A stretch of DNA of 62,519 bases, counting the filler, from Choristocarpus tenellus KU-1152 (taxonomy: Eukaryota; Protista; Phaeophyceae): the NCBI GenBank assembly GCA_964200185.2. It is 11 parts of 11 records of this genome, joined end to end, with 100 filler letters (N's around TTAATTAATTAA, not from the genome) between each part and the next. Parts side by side here need not be neighbours in the genome. Positions count along the whole stretch, not along the records: positions 33,346 to 41,417 come from CAXNAD020005196.1; positions 41,518 to 53,143 come from CAXNAD020002218.1; 9 more parts are not named here. The stretch is one strand, 5' to 3'. The position numbers were made by a program, and so were the translations under genes. This document shows, one piece after another, positions 36,601 through 48,589 of this stretch. The notes under the pieces were generated by a model, which did no database searches, was not told the DNA's origin, and worked only from the letters and a program-made list of their open reading frames with translations. Numbering within the stretch: the stretch's first letter is position 1; each line of letters begins with the position of its first letter.

Positions 36601-39600
36601 TATTTGAAATGTTCTTGATTCTGTCCGAAATTTTCGAAAATTGAAGAAATCAACACTCTCAAGTCGAACTTAAAACTTCATCCATAGAAAGATGGGTGAA
36701 TGCAAAAGGTTAAAAAAACTGGCGAAAAATGAAAAATCGCCCAAAATATGGGTACCTCTCGTTTCCTTTGTCTCAGCGTCTACATAGTGTCCTCTGAAAG
36801 ATCATAATTTCACCCTATTGTACCCGAACCTTCTGTTTTCAACACTTACCATAGAGTGCATAGTTAATAAATGAATTGGTATGTCTTGTCGAAAGGACAA
36901 GTCCTCATTTTCGTATAGTCATTTTGTTCCTTGACAATCTCAAGGTAAAAACCAAGAGTTTATTGAAAAAACGGTTCCTGTGCAGCAAAAATTAAGAAAA
37001 GATCAGATCCAGGGGATGTTGCGAAGCAGATACGTCCCACCTGTCTGCTAAGTGCAGCATACAGGCCATTTGATTACTGATATTGTTGCTTTTGCTTTTT
37101 TTTTTTATGTGTCCCCAACCTACCTTAGACTCAATTGCTCCCAATTTCAGTTATTTTGGGAAGGGCTATGTTGGTCTTGCTCAGTGATGTGCTGTTTCCC
37201 ATCTTAACGAATTACACTCCTGAGTAGACCAATTGCAGAGGTTAAAGACACAGATTCGCACACTCCATTAAACAACATCTCCTGCCTTGCACTTCTCTCC
37301 CCTTCTTTCCTTTCACTTGATCAAATGTGAGACTGACCCCCCCCCCTCCCACCTCTCAACTAAACTATTCAATATATATATATATATATCTGCACCCAAG
37401 GTTATCATTGCAAACTTTGTCCCTATGGAGGACGTATCTGGCATTGAGCGGAGAGCACAATGGAATGAGGAGGCATCAGGTTGGATCGTCCCCCGCCTTA
37501 CATTGGCAGGGAATTCTCTTCGAATGAGGCGACCTGTAAGTGTTAATGGCCTTCCCAGGCCAGAGACCGAGTATGCTAGGCACCGGAAGGCGTATGACTC
37601 AAATCCAAGGCAAGACATAAAAGGGATTCCTGGGGACCAGTGGGACAAGGCAGTCATTGATCAAGCTGATCGCTTAGATGTATGGAGATTGGGAAGGAAG
37701 CGCAGTTGATGAGGGGAGGGAGAGTAAGGTAGTTAGGGCTGGTATTGATTAGATGGGTTGAGTGTGACATGGAGCTCGGGGGGGTGAAGCTCCCTCCTCA
37801 TTCGTCACTCTCTGCTCTCATCATTGCATCATATCCCTCCCTCAGTCATTGCCCTCGAGTCTCTTCAAACCGTAACCACTAATCCGTTGAACTTCTGTCT
37901 GGAAGAGAGTTTTCACCCCAACTTCATCTCAATCACTATTTTCATTACTCTTCCTATGTTAGAGAGGCAAATCCTCACTCTACGAATGCAGTACAAAGCT
38001 TCTCAAAGTCCTCTTCCTTCAACCACCTCAAATCGCCTGTTCACCTTGTCCCTTATCCTTAAACCGAAAACCAATCAGGTACAAGTACGACAACATCATT
38101 TCCCAAGAACTTGATCTCCCGGAGCGAACTACCCAGGAGTACGAGGGTCCCAACATGGTCAGGCAAAAACGATTTGTTCGGACCAATAACGATATACTGT
38201 CGGCCAGAGAATGTCTTGCTTACTCCAAGTTCAAAATTCGAGCATTTGTTGCACCAAAATATACATGTCTGTAGACTTTGAAGTATTTACTTCGATATAT
38301 ATATGTATACATAGAGAGAGAGAGTCGCGAGGGGGTATGAGTTTTGCAGGATGCTAGTCGTCAAAGCGATTGATTGCTGTAGCAAGCAACTATTCCGAGG
38401 TATCAATATTGAACTCGTAATTGCGCCTTCCTGTCTTCATGAAGCATCCAATCCCTGGTGCTTGGTATTCATTTTCTTGCACTCAACATTGTCTCCAACA
38501 ATGTTGTACTAACCCTTTCACTAAGGACATCCAACTCACCCACAACTTCTGCACGACTGACCTTGGCTATCTGTTTATCCTCCCTGTCAATGAGCTAATC
38601 ATACGCTTTACTCCGTAGTATCTTACCATATTACTACGCCTTAAATTGATAAAGTGGCCTTTTCACTACAAGGTATTACTAGTACAGAACGTTCATATAG
38701 TGATATATTAAATTGAAGGAGAATGGGAAGGGATAATATGACGCCTGTTCAGCAGGTGGAGGCAACTTGGAAAAAAAACATCTACCTTCTCCTTCCCATC
38801 CCAATTTCCCATACCTCCCCCTTTCTTATCCACACCGTTACTGCAACAGCCTATCCATCATACCATATGCTCATCTCCATGTACCATGCATTAAACTAAC
38901 GAACACCCCTACTTTTGTCCTTCCTCCCTCACCTTCTCCAGCCCCTGCCTCACGACCCTCTTGTTCCTTCAACTTGTCAGGTTTCCCGTGTACAGCCTGC
39001 AGTGGCTATGCTCCTTGACGCTGATGAGGAGGAGATTACCCTATCTCCTTCTGACACTGCACCTCCGCAGCCGTATCTGCAGTACAGTCAGGATGATGCT
39101 GTTGATAGGGGAGGCGGGGTAGGAGGGGACATTGGTAGTGGTGAGAAGCGAAAATACATGCACCTTCCATAGTGCATTGTGTTATCAATAGGGATGAATA
39201 TTGTGACGACAAAGGGCTATGCATCATGGGATAGTTGTGTGACCAGATTCAGTGCGGCTGCTGTGGGTGCAGATGATGTAATAATTGGTAGAGGTGTGGA
39301 GGGCAGGGGGACGGGGAGTTTGATTCGGATTATTGGAATCCAGCACTAGTCGTCGCTGCTGAATGTGTATGCTTGTGGCGACAGATAGCTTGGCACAGTT
39401 CTTCTCCCATCATCCTTCAACTTGTCTGGAATCATATCACTGGAGTAGATTTGAATTGATCATAGTAAGGAGAGTGTTCCAGTAGAGCCCATTGCATATC
39501 CATACATTCCCAAGTCATCTGACCCTTGAGGATATTTCGTGGTACATGGTAGTGCTGACCCTTTATCTTCTTTCCCTTCCTCGTCCTTCTCCCTTCCCAT

Positions 39601-40882
39601 AACCTGCTACCTACTACCCTCACTCTTCCTACCCCACTATCTACTTTTCTTCCCCCAACATATTATGGCACCCTACCCAACCACCCCCCCTCCCCTCAAA
39701 ACAAAATCCGTCCTCTTCTTGTTGCGCCCCATTTTCGTTCCTTGGAATGGAGGAGAACAGCTTTGTTTGTGTGCTTAATCGCTACTTTCGATTCCTACTT
39801 TCTCAGAACGATCCAGGCCTAAGAGTGCAGTTAAGAAGAAATCATCAAGGCCAAAGTCAGCAAGGCGTCGAAGGTCTCAAGATGAGACAAATGACAGCAG
39901 TCCCATAGAGTTCAGAGATGACAACGAGTGAGTGGTGGTCCTCTTTAGAAATTTATTGCATCAAATTGAATGCATCAGATACATGTGAATGTCGATGGTA
40001 TAACTGACAAGGGTTGTCCATGACACCTGGGATTCGAGCTGAATGCTTGACACAAGCACTGAGCTCATTTGTAGTGTTGCTGATGTTTTGGAGACGAAGT
40101 GCTAGAATTCTCTTGCTTGCGTGTAACATCTTGTTATGCCTCTGAGTGGTATAATTGTTTCGAAACAAAAGAGTGCTCTGAGAACGTGAATTCAGGTTTA
40201 GGCCATTAAAATCTCAGGTGAGGTATATAGATGCACACTTCAATCCTACCAGTGTTGAATGTGGTCACATGACCATAGTATCAACACTCTTAGTGCTGAT
40301 GTCCTTGAGCTATGCCAAATGTTAATGAAAGTACTGGAGTTGTAGGGAGAAATTATGGCATGGTGATATCTCACAATATTTCATCAATGTCAACGCCAAC
40401 ATTAAAACAAAAGTCGGTCAGTTGTCAAACTAGAAATAGCTACCTCAAGTCCCCCTCTTCCCCCCATAGGAAGTCGATCCTACATGCTCACTCAGCACTA
40501 GGCATCAATTGTCATCGCAGGGATCTTTTGACGACAAGAGAACAACAATGTACATATTAGAAGCTTTCCATCATGGATTATTTTCCTCAGTGCATCTAGC
40601 TGGTCATAACAACACTGCACAGCAGGGAAGAAAAGCATTCTAAAAAGTAGGCTAGTATGAGTCCGACCCTTGCTGGATATGGAAAGGCTTTCGATTTCCT
40701 GTAGCCCCAGCATGCCAGACATACTCAAGTAACACCTCTTCAACACTGTAAAAAGCACTGACCTCTAACTTCTATATCCCACCTGCTCTCATTTCCTACT
40801 TCTTCTCCCTGAAACAACTTGACCTGTTCGACCCATTCCCTGCAGAATGTACCCAACTGCTCGAGGATTGCTGAGGAAGTAG
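33631..40882 (+). CDS. KIF3B: Kinesin-2 motor subunit, KIF3B/KRP95/FLA8-like, stalk and tail (exons 33631-33702, 33959-34111, 37401-37609, 38079-38157, 38981-39140, 39807-39927, 40846-40882)
   Basis: Reads EVEVKTKKLKKLWSKYQ..IRELTRQLKLKEVIIANFVP..RAQWNEE..PRYKYDNIISQELDLPERTTQEYEGP..RPKSA..MYPTARGLLRK*, the characteristic kinesin-2 tail blocks. All phases are consistent. The motor domain is not in the window. Confidence 0.93.
34359..35987 (+). mobile_element. Internally deleted pogo/Tigger-like (Tc1/mariner) DNA transposon, 1629 bp, in the kinesin intron
   Basis: TIRs CAGTAAAGTCCCACTTTAGTG / CACTAAAGTGGGACCCTTACTG, TA on both sides, and five subterminal ATAGTGCGG repeats. Confidence 0.92.
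34614..35296 (+). pseudogene. Truncated transposase: PHD-like finger + HTH_psq/CENP-B N-terminal HTH + C-terminal tail, DDE core missing
   Basis: MPCAAGELC..CQGGCGGRLHGTC..CPTC, then RRLLTLG/QKLEVVEVLGQKVTHTEIARRYNCSTRTVSNI (1-bp frameshift near 34910), ending KPVQQTDIRAF. Confidence 0.82.
36539..36776 (+). repeat. Dispersed repeat family E
   Basis: Colinear with the reverse complement of 19270-19502. Confidence 0.65.
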
Positions 40883-41377
40883 GGCACATTCTACTAGTTT
40901 GAACCTACCGCCACCACAACCAGTAGACTACACGGTATGATCCTTACGAATTTGTAAATCAAGGAGGACAGAAGATTGATTTGTGTTTATGTGCTCGGTC
41001 ATCTTCACAAGACGCCTGGGAGGAGAGAAGGAGGTCGACATATCATGTTCACAGTCATGTATGGTTGTTGAGCTAAGGTTCAGGAGTCAAGGATGGAAGC
41101 TGTTGGGTAGGGTAGTCAGTGTTGCATGTGGACGTTGGATAATGGCACTGCACCATAAAGTCGTACCGTCCCCAGTCCGTCACTCTGTGTATATTGTGAG
41201 TGAATATAATATTTTTTTTTGTGTGTTTGATACGCTGAGACAATATTGTATTCAGAATATAGACGTTTTACTTAATAATGATATACACTTGATCCAAGTG
41301 GGCAAATCACATCTCCAAGACAATGTGTTCAATGGAGGACTTGAGCTCTCAGCAAGCACTTTCAAGACTCTGCTGGA

Positions 41378-41417
41378 GACCCAAAGTATCTGGGAGGAGG
41401 GGGGGGGTCTACACCAG
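41378..41417 (+). mobile_element. MITE family A 5' terminus truncated by linker
   Basis: GACCCAAAGTATCTGGGAGGAGGGGGGGGTCTACACC. Confidence 0.8.
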
Positions 41418-41517
41418 NNNNNNNNNNNNNNNNNNNNNNNNNNNNNNNNNNNNNNNNNNNNTTAATTAATTAANNNNNNNNNNNNNNNNNNNNNNNNNNN
41501 NNNNNNNNNNNNNNNNN
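41418..41517. other. Artificial contig linker
   Basis: N44-TTAATTAATTAA-N44. Confidence 0.98.
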
Positions 41518-42683
41518 AAGGAAAAAAAAGAAAAAAAAAGAGGGTAGGGCATATTTGGGGGATATATTGATATAAAGTAAAAAAATGGGGGGGGGGGGGG
41601 GGAGGAATGATTTAGGTCACAATAGTGGGGAAACCACCCTGCGTAAAAATATGAGATGACCTTGTGAATAAAGGGCAACTGCTTACAATGGTAGGCATCT
41701 GACTACTGACCCTAAGGAAGATTCGTGGGCATAATTTCTACAATCATTAACAAATCACCACAGTGGAAGAAAGTGATAAAAGAAGGTATAGGGCCTAGTA
41801 GTGGGATCATCAGTTCAAGTCAATAAAAGGGGTGGGGGGGGTGGAGAGATTGAGTTCACAAAAAAAAAGCAGATACGATGGTAGGGCATAAACGTCTCCA
41901 ACAATTCGAGTTGCACAAGGAGTGGAAATAGATGTGCTCAATTGAAAGGAAGAAATATGAATGATAGGCGGCAGTTCTCTAATTGTTAATTTTAAAAGAT
42001 ACATATATACTTGTGTATTCATTGACAAAAAAAAATGTCTAAGGAGATGCAGATTGTTTAGATGAGCCCCGAACCATATCAGAAAAATGCGAACTTTGCT
42101 GATCATAAGTACATAATGTAACGATGAATGTCTCACGTCCTAGTCAACTCACCGGCACCTACGAATGTTCTAGACTAATATGTGCACAATACATGTTTGA
42201 GTCCTTACGGAACCCATCCAGATTAGTCTCTACCAGATTACGCAAGACAATGCTGAGGAGGGTATATGAACAATGTTTGATCAATGGGTTGATCCTTGAC
42301 TAGGGGTGGGAAGGGGGCTTGAGAATGGAGGTACGGCACAGACATTGGATGGAGGTTATCCCCAACAACCTTTCCAAGGTAAGAGAAGTTCAAGAATGTA
42401 CAGAAAGGGGGGGAGGGAGGAGAGATCTATGAAACTTCTAATCAAAACCAGCGGCAACGGTGTCAAAGCATTAAGTGTTACAGATTCCATCTCAAACTGA
42501 AAAAAAAGAGAAAAAGAAAAGGAAAGAAGGTAAAAGGGGAGTTTAATGTCACAGATATAAGGAATGTGTGGGTAGCCAAGAATTGGGGTACTAAGAATGT
42601 TCTAGACTAATACATACATGTTACTCGCTCTGGGGTTTGCTGCATGCAGGGTACCTTTGCCTGCTATGTTGAGATAAGGTAAC

Positions 42684-43341
42684 TGTTAAAACCTTAATCG
42701 AATGTATCGTACTTTTGAGTAAAATGCGTAGTCTGTATTGCGAAGAGAAGTTATAGTGCTGCAAAGCATCGATGTATTTGTTCTGTTGTAACTGAGGTCA
42801 TTGATCGCTCAGTCAAGAAAGATAATGTGAATCCAGTGTTTTTCCTAGAGATACTCGAAGGAAGAAGTCCATGCTCTGAGGAGAGGCTTGTTAACTTGGC
42901 GGGCAGGGGTTTCTGTGGATAGTTTAACTCTGAATACATGACATCCAGCTGTGTATCGGGGACACATATTGCAGAGTGAGCTTGGTGAATTGTGAGGGGG
43001 CAACGGCAACCAAGAAAGAAATAATAATCAACAATGAACGTGCAACTGTCATCTTCTGATAATAATAAGAAGAAAGAGAAATAAAACAAAAAAACAAACA
43101 ACAGAACAACAGAACAAGCTTGAACCGATATGTGATGCAACTCAAGTGACTCATAGCATTCCTGTGTGTGGGATGCGGAGCGACTGTTCTGTACTGCGGT
43201 GTTCTACTGGTAATTGATTTGGTGATGATGAACTACTGAGAGTAACGACCAGTGCGTAACGGACCAATCAACGGTCAGTATTGACTGGTGGTGGTACTGT
43301 ATCGTATCAAGAAATACAAATGAGTAGCCTATGTTTTAACA
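42684..43341 (-). mobile_element. Solo LTR (658 bp) of the Copia family seen at 33000
   Basis: Termini TGTTAAAAC..GTTTTAACA with 5-bp TSD GTAAC (42679-42683, 43342-43346). The first ~190 bp match 33000-33245. Confidence 0.93.
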
Positions 43342-43349
43342 GTAACCAC

Positions 43350-43500
43350 CCCCTCAAAGAGCAGTGCTGCGCCAAAAAACAGGTGAGAAGTAGTTCCCCC
43401 ACCTGCACCTGTGTCAAGGAGTACCTGGACAGGCATTCTCGATTGAACTTTTCGTGGATGCCATAGCAGGGCAGATATCCATACTTGTCTAGAATGGTGG
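43350..43500 (-). mobile_element. Probable retropepsin (LTR-retrotransposon protease) remnant
   Basis: PVQVLLDTGAGGG aspartic-protease motif in ORF 43329-43634. Support is the short motif only. Confidence 0.55.
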
Positions 43501-46500
43501 GCAGGTGTCATGGCGAATATTGTGCAAAATAGGACAATTGTGCGGTATACCATATTTTGTGTATGAGAGATGTAACTAATGAGATAGTACATCCGGATTA
43601 TGAATGGGATTATGTATGGGATTTTATTCTGCATTCAACTGCTTTGACATAACCGTTGACTTATGTAGGAAGCACAAAATAATAAATAAACAAGCAATAA
43701 GAAGATACCCCACAAATGTCATTCTTCTAATTTCAACCATGTAATCACGTTCAGCAATGGGGAACTGTGTGAGGCTTCACACCTTCTTGTCTTCACTACT
43801 GATAATTAGCATTACCTCCCAAAGTAAATTGCACAAATATTAACGAGTTGGGAATGGGGATCTTACTGCCTCGAGTTGGAATGACAGGCATCCCTGGAGC
43901 CTCAGACTCCAGGGTGCAGCTTCAAGACGACTCTGAAGTGTTCGAATCAGTTGGGCTTCTCGCAAATAGTAGAGCGAGTTCTGAGTCTTGCATCGCTGCT
44001 AGTGATTGGAGATGTTTATCTGTTAAGGCTACCATCGTACGTGACTCTGCAGTGGATTGGGCACCTGGAGATCCTTGGCGAATTCTCGAAAGGTATGAGA
44101 ATTATCCCTTGGGAACTACTGAGTCATCGTGTGTGTACCTGCACACGCCCCTTACAGACCTGAAGTAGTCTTGACCATAGGCATGATGAAAAGCAAACTT
44201 GGTGTGCCTTTAGTCATGTATTGGCTTTGTCCTGGGAGGCAGATAATGGAGGTAAGTCTTTGCCCGAATGGTGTCGACTTGTGTCGCTTGCCCTGTCTGT
44301 GGCTAAAGCAAGTGGGGATCGAAGTATAGGCTGGAGAACCGATGTGACCGGTCGAACAGGTTTTGATGCATCGCTTTTTGGCTCGAACGAGGTCCTGTAT
44401 TTCCCAGGAACAGAAGCAGATCAGTGTTTAAGGCAGCACAGACAGTGGGCGAGGAACTCTGGGATAAAACACGTTGAAGCTTCAGCGCGAGGGCTGACAC
44501 TACACTGTTGACAACCTCTTGGTGCGGTAGTAAAGTATGGCTTGTTACCTCTTCGTGCATGGGCGTCCTGTTATGGCAACGATTGGGGTTTTGGCTGAGA
44601 CGGCAAAAGGGTGTGACATGCTAGCAAACATAGCATGCACATCTGCCATAGTACCCAAAATAGTGTGAGTCTTATCCTCATGCAATGCAGGTTTTGTAGC
44701 ATTTAGGTTGGCTGGGACAAAATGCATATTGGTCGATTTGATAGGATAATTCCTCTATGACATTACCATTTCGTACCCCAAAGGATATTCTGCGAAATTG
44801 CCATATTCGCAACCTGATTTGGTCCAGGATATTCGGTGCGAGAGTTGGGAGGGATCGTTCACACAAATCAATGATAAGTTGACCTTCACCTATGTATCCC
44901 TTCCGAAAAAAGGACTTCATATATATGAGGCATCCAGGAGTCTATAGTGCAAAACTAGGTGATTGGCCACAGCCTTCCACGACTTTCTTTGTCTTCAAAT
45001 AACTCATGGCAACCTTTACTGTGATTTTCGACTGGCTATGTGAAAGGATGCATTCTCTCATCAAAATGTGGATCCACTCACTCGGTTGCCGTTATGTCTT
45101 CTCGAGAAACCTATAGGAGCTGCCCCGTGACGCTCGGAACCTACCTACATTGTAGACGAGTCGCTCAGAAGATTGCTGTGTGTCCTAAGAGAGTCAGACA
45201 AGAGTTGTTTGAGGAACTCAATGCGGAAAGGGGTTAAGTTATCACAGCGTGGACGAGATCCATGAACGTGTTGAGCCATCATGGATGCTGCGGGAATTCT
45301 CGGGAGGTGTGGCCCTGGGCTGGAACCTCTCTGAATCACTGATTCCCGGCAGAACCTGCGCATCAGACATGACTTCGATTTCCTGTGTACCTGACATGTC
45401 TGCGTACCTGGGGAAATAAAAAGAACAATATGACACAACAATTAGGAATGTGAGTATATAAATGTAAAGAAAGAGTTTCCTAAGCAAAATCTATACAGTG
45501 GCAGTCAGAGACCACTTGTTTACGATCGTAAGTGTATGGTGCCTCCATTCGAGCCTCAGATGTCATCATGCCAGTCCCTTCCTCCAAGTTAGGAGGTGGC
45601 GAAAGCGCTCCCAAGACCATCCGAGGAGATGACAAAACCAAAGCAGAAGAAAATCCAGTAGACGGTGAAAGTGCTCCAAGACCATCCAAAGAGATGATGA
45701 GAAATCAACCACAAGACCGTCCAGGTCATAATGGGGAGTTACCAAGAATCCTAAGTGCTGAGGTGAATACTGAGTATTCTCTCCAGTTTGAAGAGACAAG
45801 GATAGGACCTCCATGTTACAGCACGCTCCAAAAGCTTACCTCTACGGCATGTATAGCTCCAATCCACAGGCCTATAGATGGCGTTGCTGCTTGTACAGGA
45901 CTCCTGGGATGCTCCGACAGTCAAAAGGTCCAGCAAACGTCAGGTCAGCAGATAAAGCATACTTCCTGAATCAATAACCACTATATGGTATCAGTCAATC
46001 AATATCAAAAAGTGATTTGTGTGGCTATGAACCATGTGGCTAAGGGACGCTTTTTTTCATGTTAACATCACTCACCGTTTGTTTTTATTTTCAGACGTTA
46101 AAATACATCTGCAAACTGTCCCATAAAATCACAAGTTACAGATCTTACTCTACAACTTTTAGCAAATCGGAGTTCTCCTCAAGGGGTTCCCCACGGGTCT
46201 ATAGTGCTCGCGCTTATAAAGGCAGGAAGAAATACTTGCGTTATTCACCTGTAACAATGATTGGGATTTGGTTAATGGTTAGGCAGGGCATAACACCGGA
46301 CTAGCAGGTAACTGGACCAACTTGGCAGTTTCATTTACAATATCGATGGCTTTGATCTGGTCCTGTTTAGAAAATGTTTTATTTGAACAGTCGGTCCGCG
46401 ACTTGTTTCGGTAATACTCTCTGCCTATTTTTATTACTGCCTAGAATCTTTTGTGACCGTGAGAGACATGTGGTAAAAAGAGAATGGAAAATTGAAAGGA

Positions 46501-48342
46501 CCTAGTAGTACAGTAGGTTGTAAATCTTTGCTACTTTCAAGAGAAATCAAAGGAGAAAATGGTTCGAAGTATAGTGTATCTCTTCTGACTAGTATTGATG
46601 AATAAACAGTAGCTCGCATGTCCTTCAAAATGAACCCTTTCGTATCATGATTATTGCTGTGTCATAAATGTTAAAGGGATCAAGGGGTGGAGGTTAGGCT
46701 TCTGAAGCAAAGTGGGCACTGATCACTGATTGCTTTGAGCACCAGTGGTAGCGAGAGTGGGAGTGACAGTGTCAGCAACAGTATTTTTATCAACACATCG
46801 AACACGCATCCATCTCCCCCAGGTTGACAGCCCTTTGTGATGATGGCCTGTTCAACAACTCAGTCGTGGAGAGGAGTCAGTTTGATGATGTGCTGATGAT
46901 GCAACTAGTGTTTATGTATATGGAGTCTAGGCCACGGTGGAATCATTATGTGCTTGGCTTGAGAGATGTAGTGTTGGTTGTGGTAGGATCAAGGAAGTGT
47001 CCATATATTTGTACAATTTTGCTTTGAAGGTACTGCTACTTGATCAGGAGTGAAGACAAGAAGGTGTGGAGCCTCTCAAGATTACCCATCGCTGATTATG
47101 TTTACATGATTGAAAAGTAGAGTAACCTTGTGGGGTGTATTCTTATTGCTTTTGTATTATTATTTGTAACCCAGATGTAAGTCAACAGTTATGAGTAGTT
47201 TAACTGCAGAACCAAACCCATATATAATCCCCATACACCATCCTGATGTACTTATCTCATTAGTCACATCACATGGGCTCAATCCAATGTCATAGCCGTG
47301 AGAACACACAAAATAGGGTACACCTTGCTATTGTCCTATTTTACCACAATATTGGTGCCTCCTCCCTAAAAGTCCCCCTGAAGATCTTGGTCACTAAGGA
47401 AGGAGTACTTAATGGTGGGGGGTACCAAGGGCTATTTTGCAGGCTTCAAGTTGATCTCATTAACGTTGCCCCACACTTGTGTATTGCACTGTTCCGGCCA
47501 CCCTGATAGTGTGAGATTTCACTATCAGCGAGTGTCTCAGGCTCTCAACATTGTCCTTTCCAGGCACATACACTTCCACAGACATCGAGCTTTACATCGA
47601 GAAGGGCCAGTCCCAGCGTTTTTTCTTACTCGCTGAATTGACCTCCAACGATTTGATGGTCTACTTCTTTTTCCCATTAGAAGGCGTAGGAGAACCTTGT
47701 CAAAGATTGCCACATGCATCGAAGATGCGGCACATGCAGATAATAAGGAGCCTCCGTTATGGTACACTCCCATGTTTCTGCATACTGATTTCGACTATAT
47801 ATATCTTAGCAAGCAGATATAGTACAACCACTTGGAATAATTTAAAGCTGTTGCAGTAAACATTGAGGGATTGTACTAGGCGAACTGACATCCTACAAAT
47901 TTGTTATTTTTTCTCCATACAGTTCGCATTTTGACATTTCACAGCACTGTCCACAAAATGAAGGGAGAACATGTTAGTTTTACCAAGTGGTACTCGCCGA
48001 GCAACCCACTAAAACGTTACAGATAAGGGTAAGCCACGATCTGGTGTAGTTAGGCTCTTTGATGGTCCTAGTCCGATGCTATTAAGTTGTACTTTACCTC
48101 GCCTGCGTGTGGTCTTGTCTGGTTTAAAATCTCGATGAATCCACTCCAGACCCATTAACGGATATTTTCTTAGGTCGGTTCACATTCCAGTCTAGGTATA
48201 GCTTCAGGCGGTTCAAGGCTGGTCCCCAAAAAAACATATTTTAATTAGACCAATCTCCACATCGGTCCGATCGATGGTAAGCGTGACCAAAATAACAGTA
48301 CCAGAAAACTCACCAAAAATAGAAACATTGTTCTCTGACATT

Positions 48343-48398
48343 TTATTATTATGCCCTCTGACATTTTGCACATGTGTCGAAGGGAAAACCAATGAAAA
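48343..48398 (+). repeat. Family C motif copy
   Basis: TATTATTATGCCCTCTGACATTTTGCACATGTGTCGAAGGGAAAACCAATGAAAA. Confidence 0.85.
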
Positions 48399-48589
48399 TT
48401 CTGTGGCATCCTTCCCCTTCATCCCAACCCTGAACACCAGTATCTACCATTTCCATAATATAGAAGGAGATGCACTTTTCCCTTCCCTCCAAATAATCAA
48501 CGCTCCTTTTTAGTGCCATGTTGCATTAAGGCGTTGTAGGTCTAGAGCCAGCTATTTGGTGGGAGTGGAACCTACATCTTTGAAGAGAT

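Noticed and set aside
44545-44600. PIVAITGRP resembling the EngA/Der GTPase G1 lead-in
   Set aside because: It has no GKS/T and a stop follows immediately.
47564-47660. Possible isolated exon GTYTSTDIELYIEKGQSQRFFLLAELTSNDLM
   Set aside because: No partner exons or recognisable domain.
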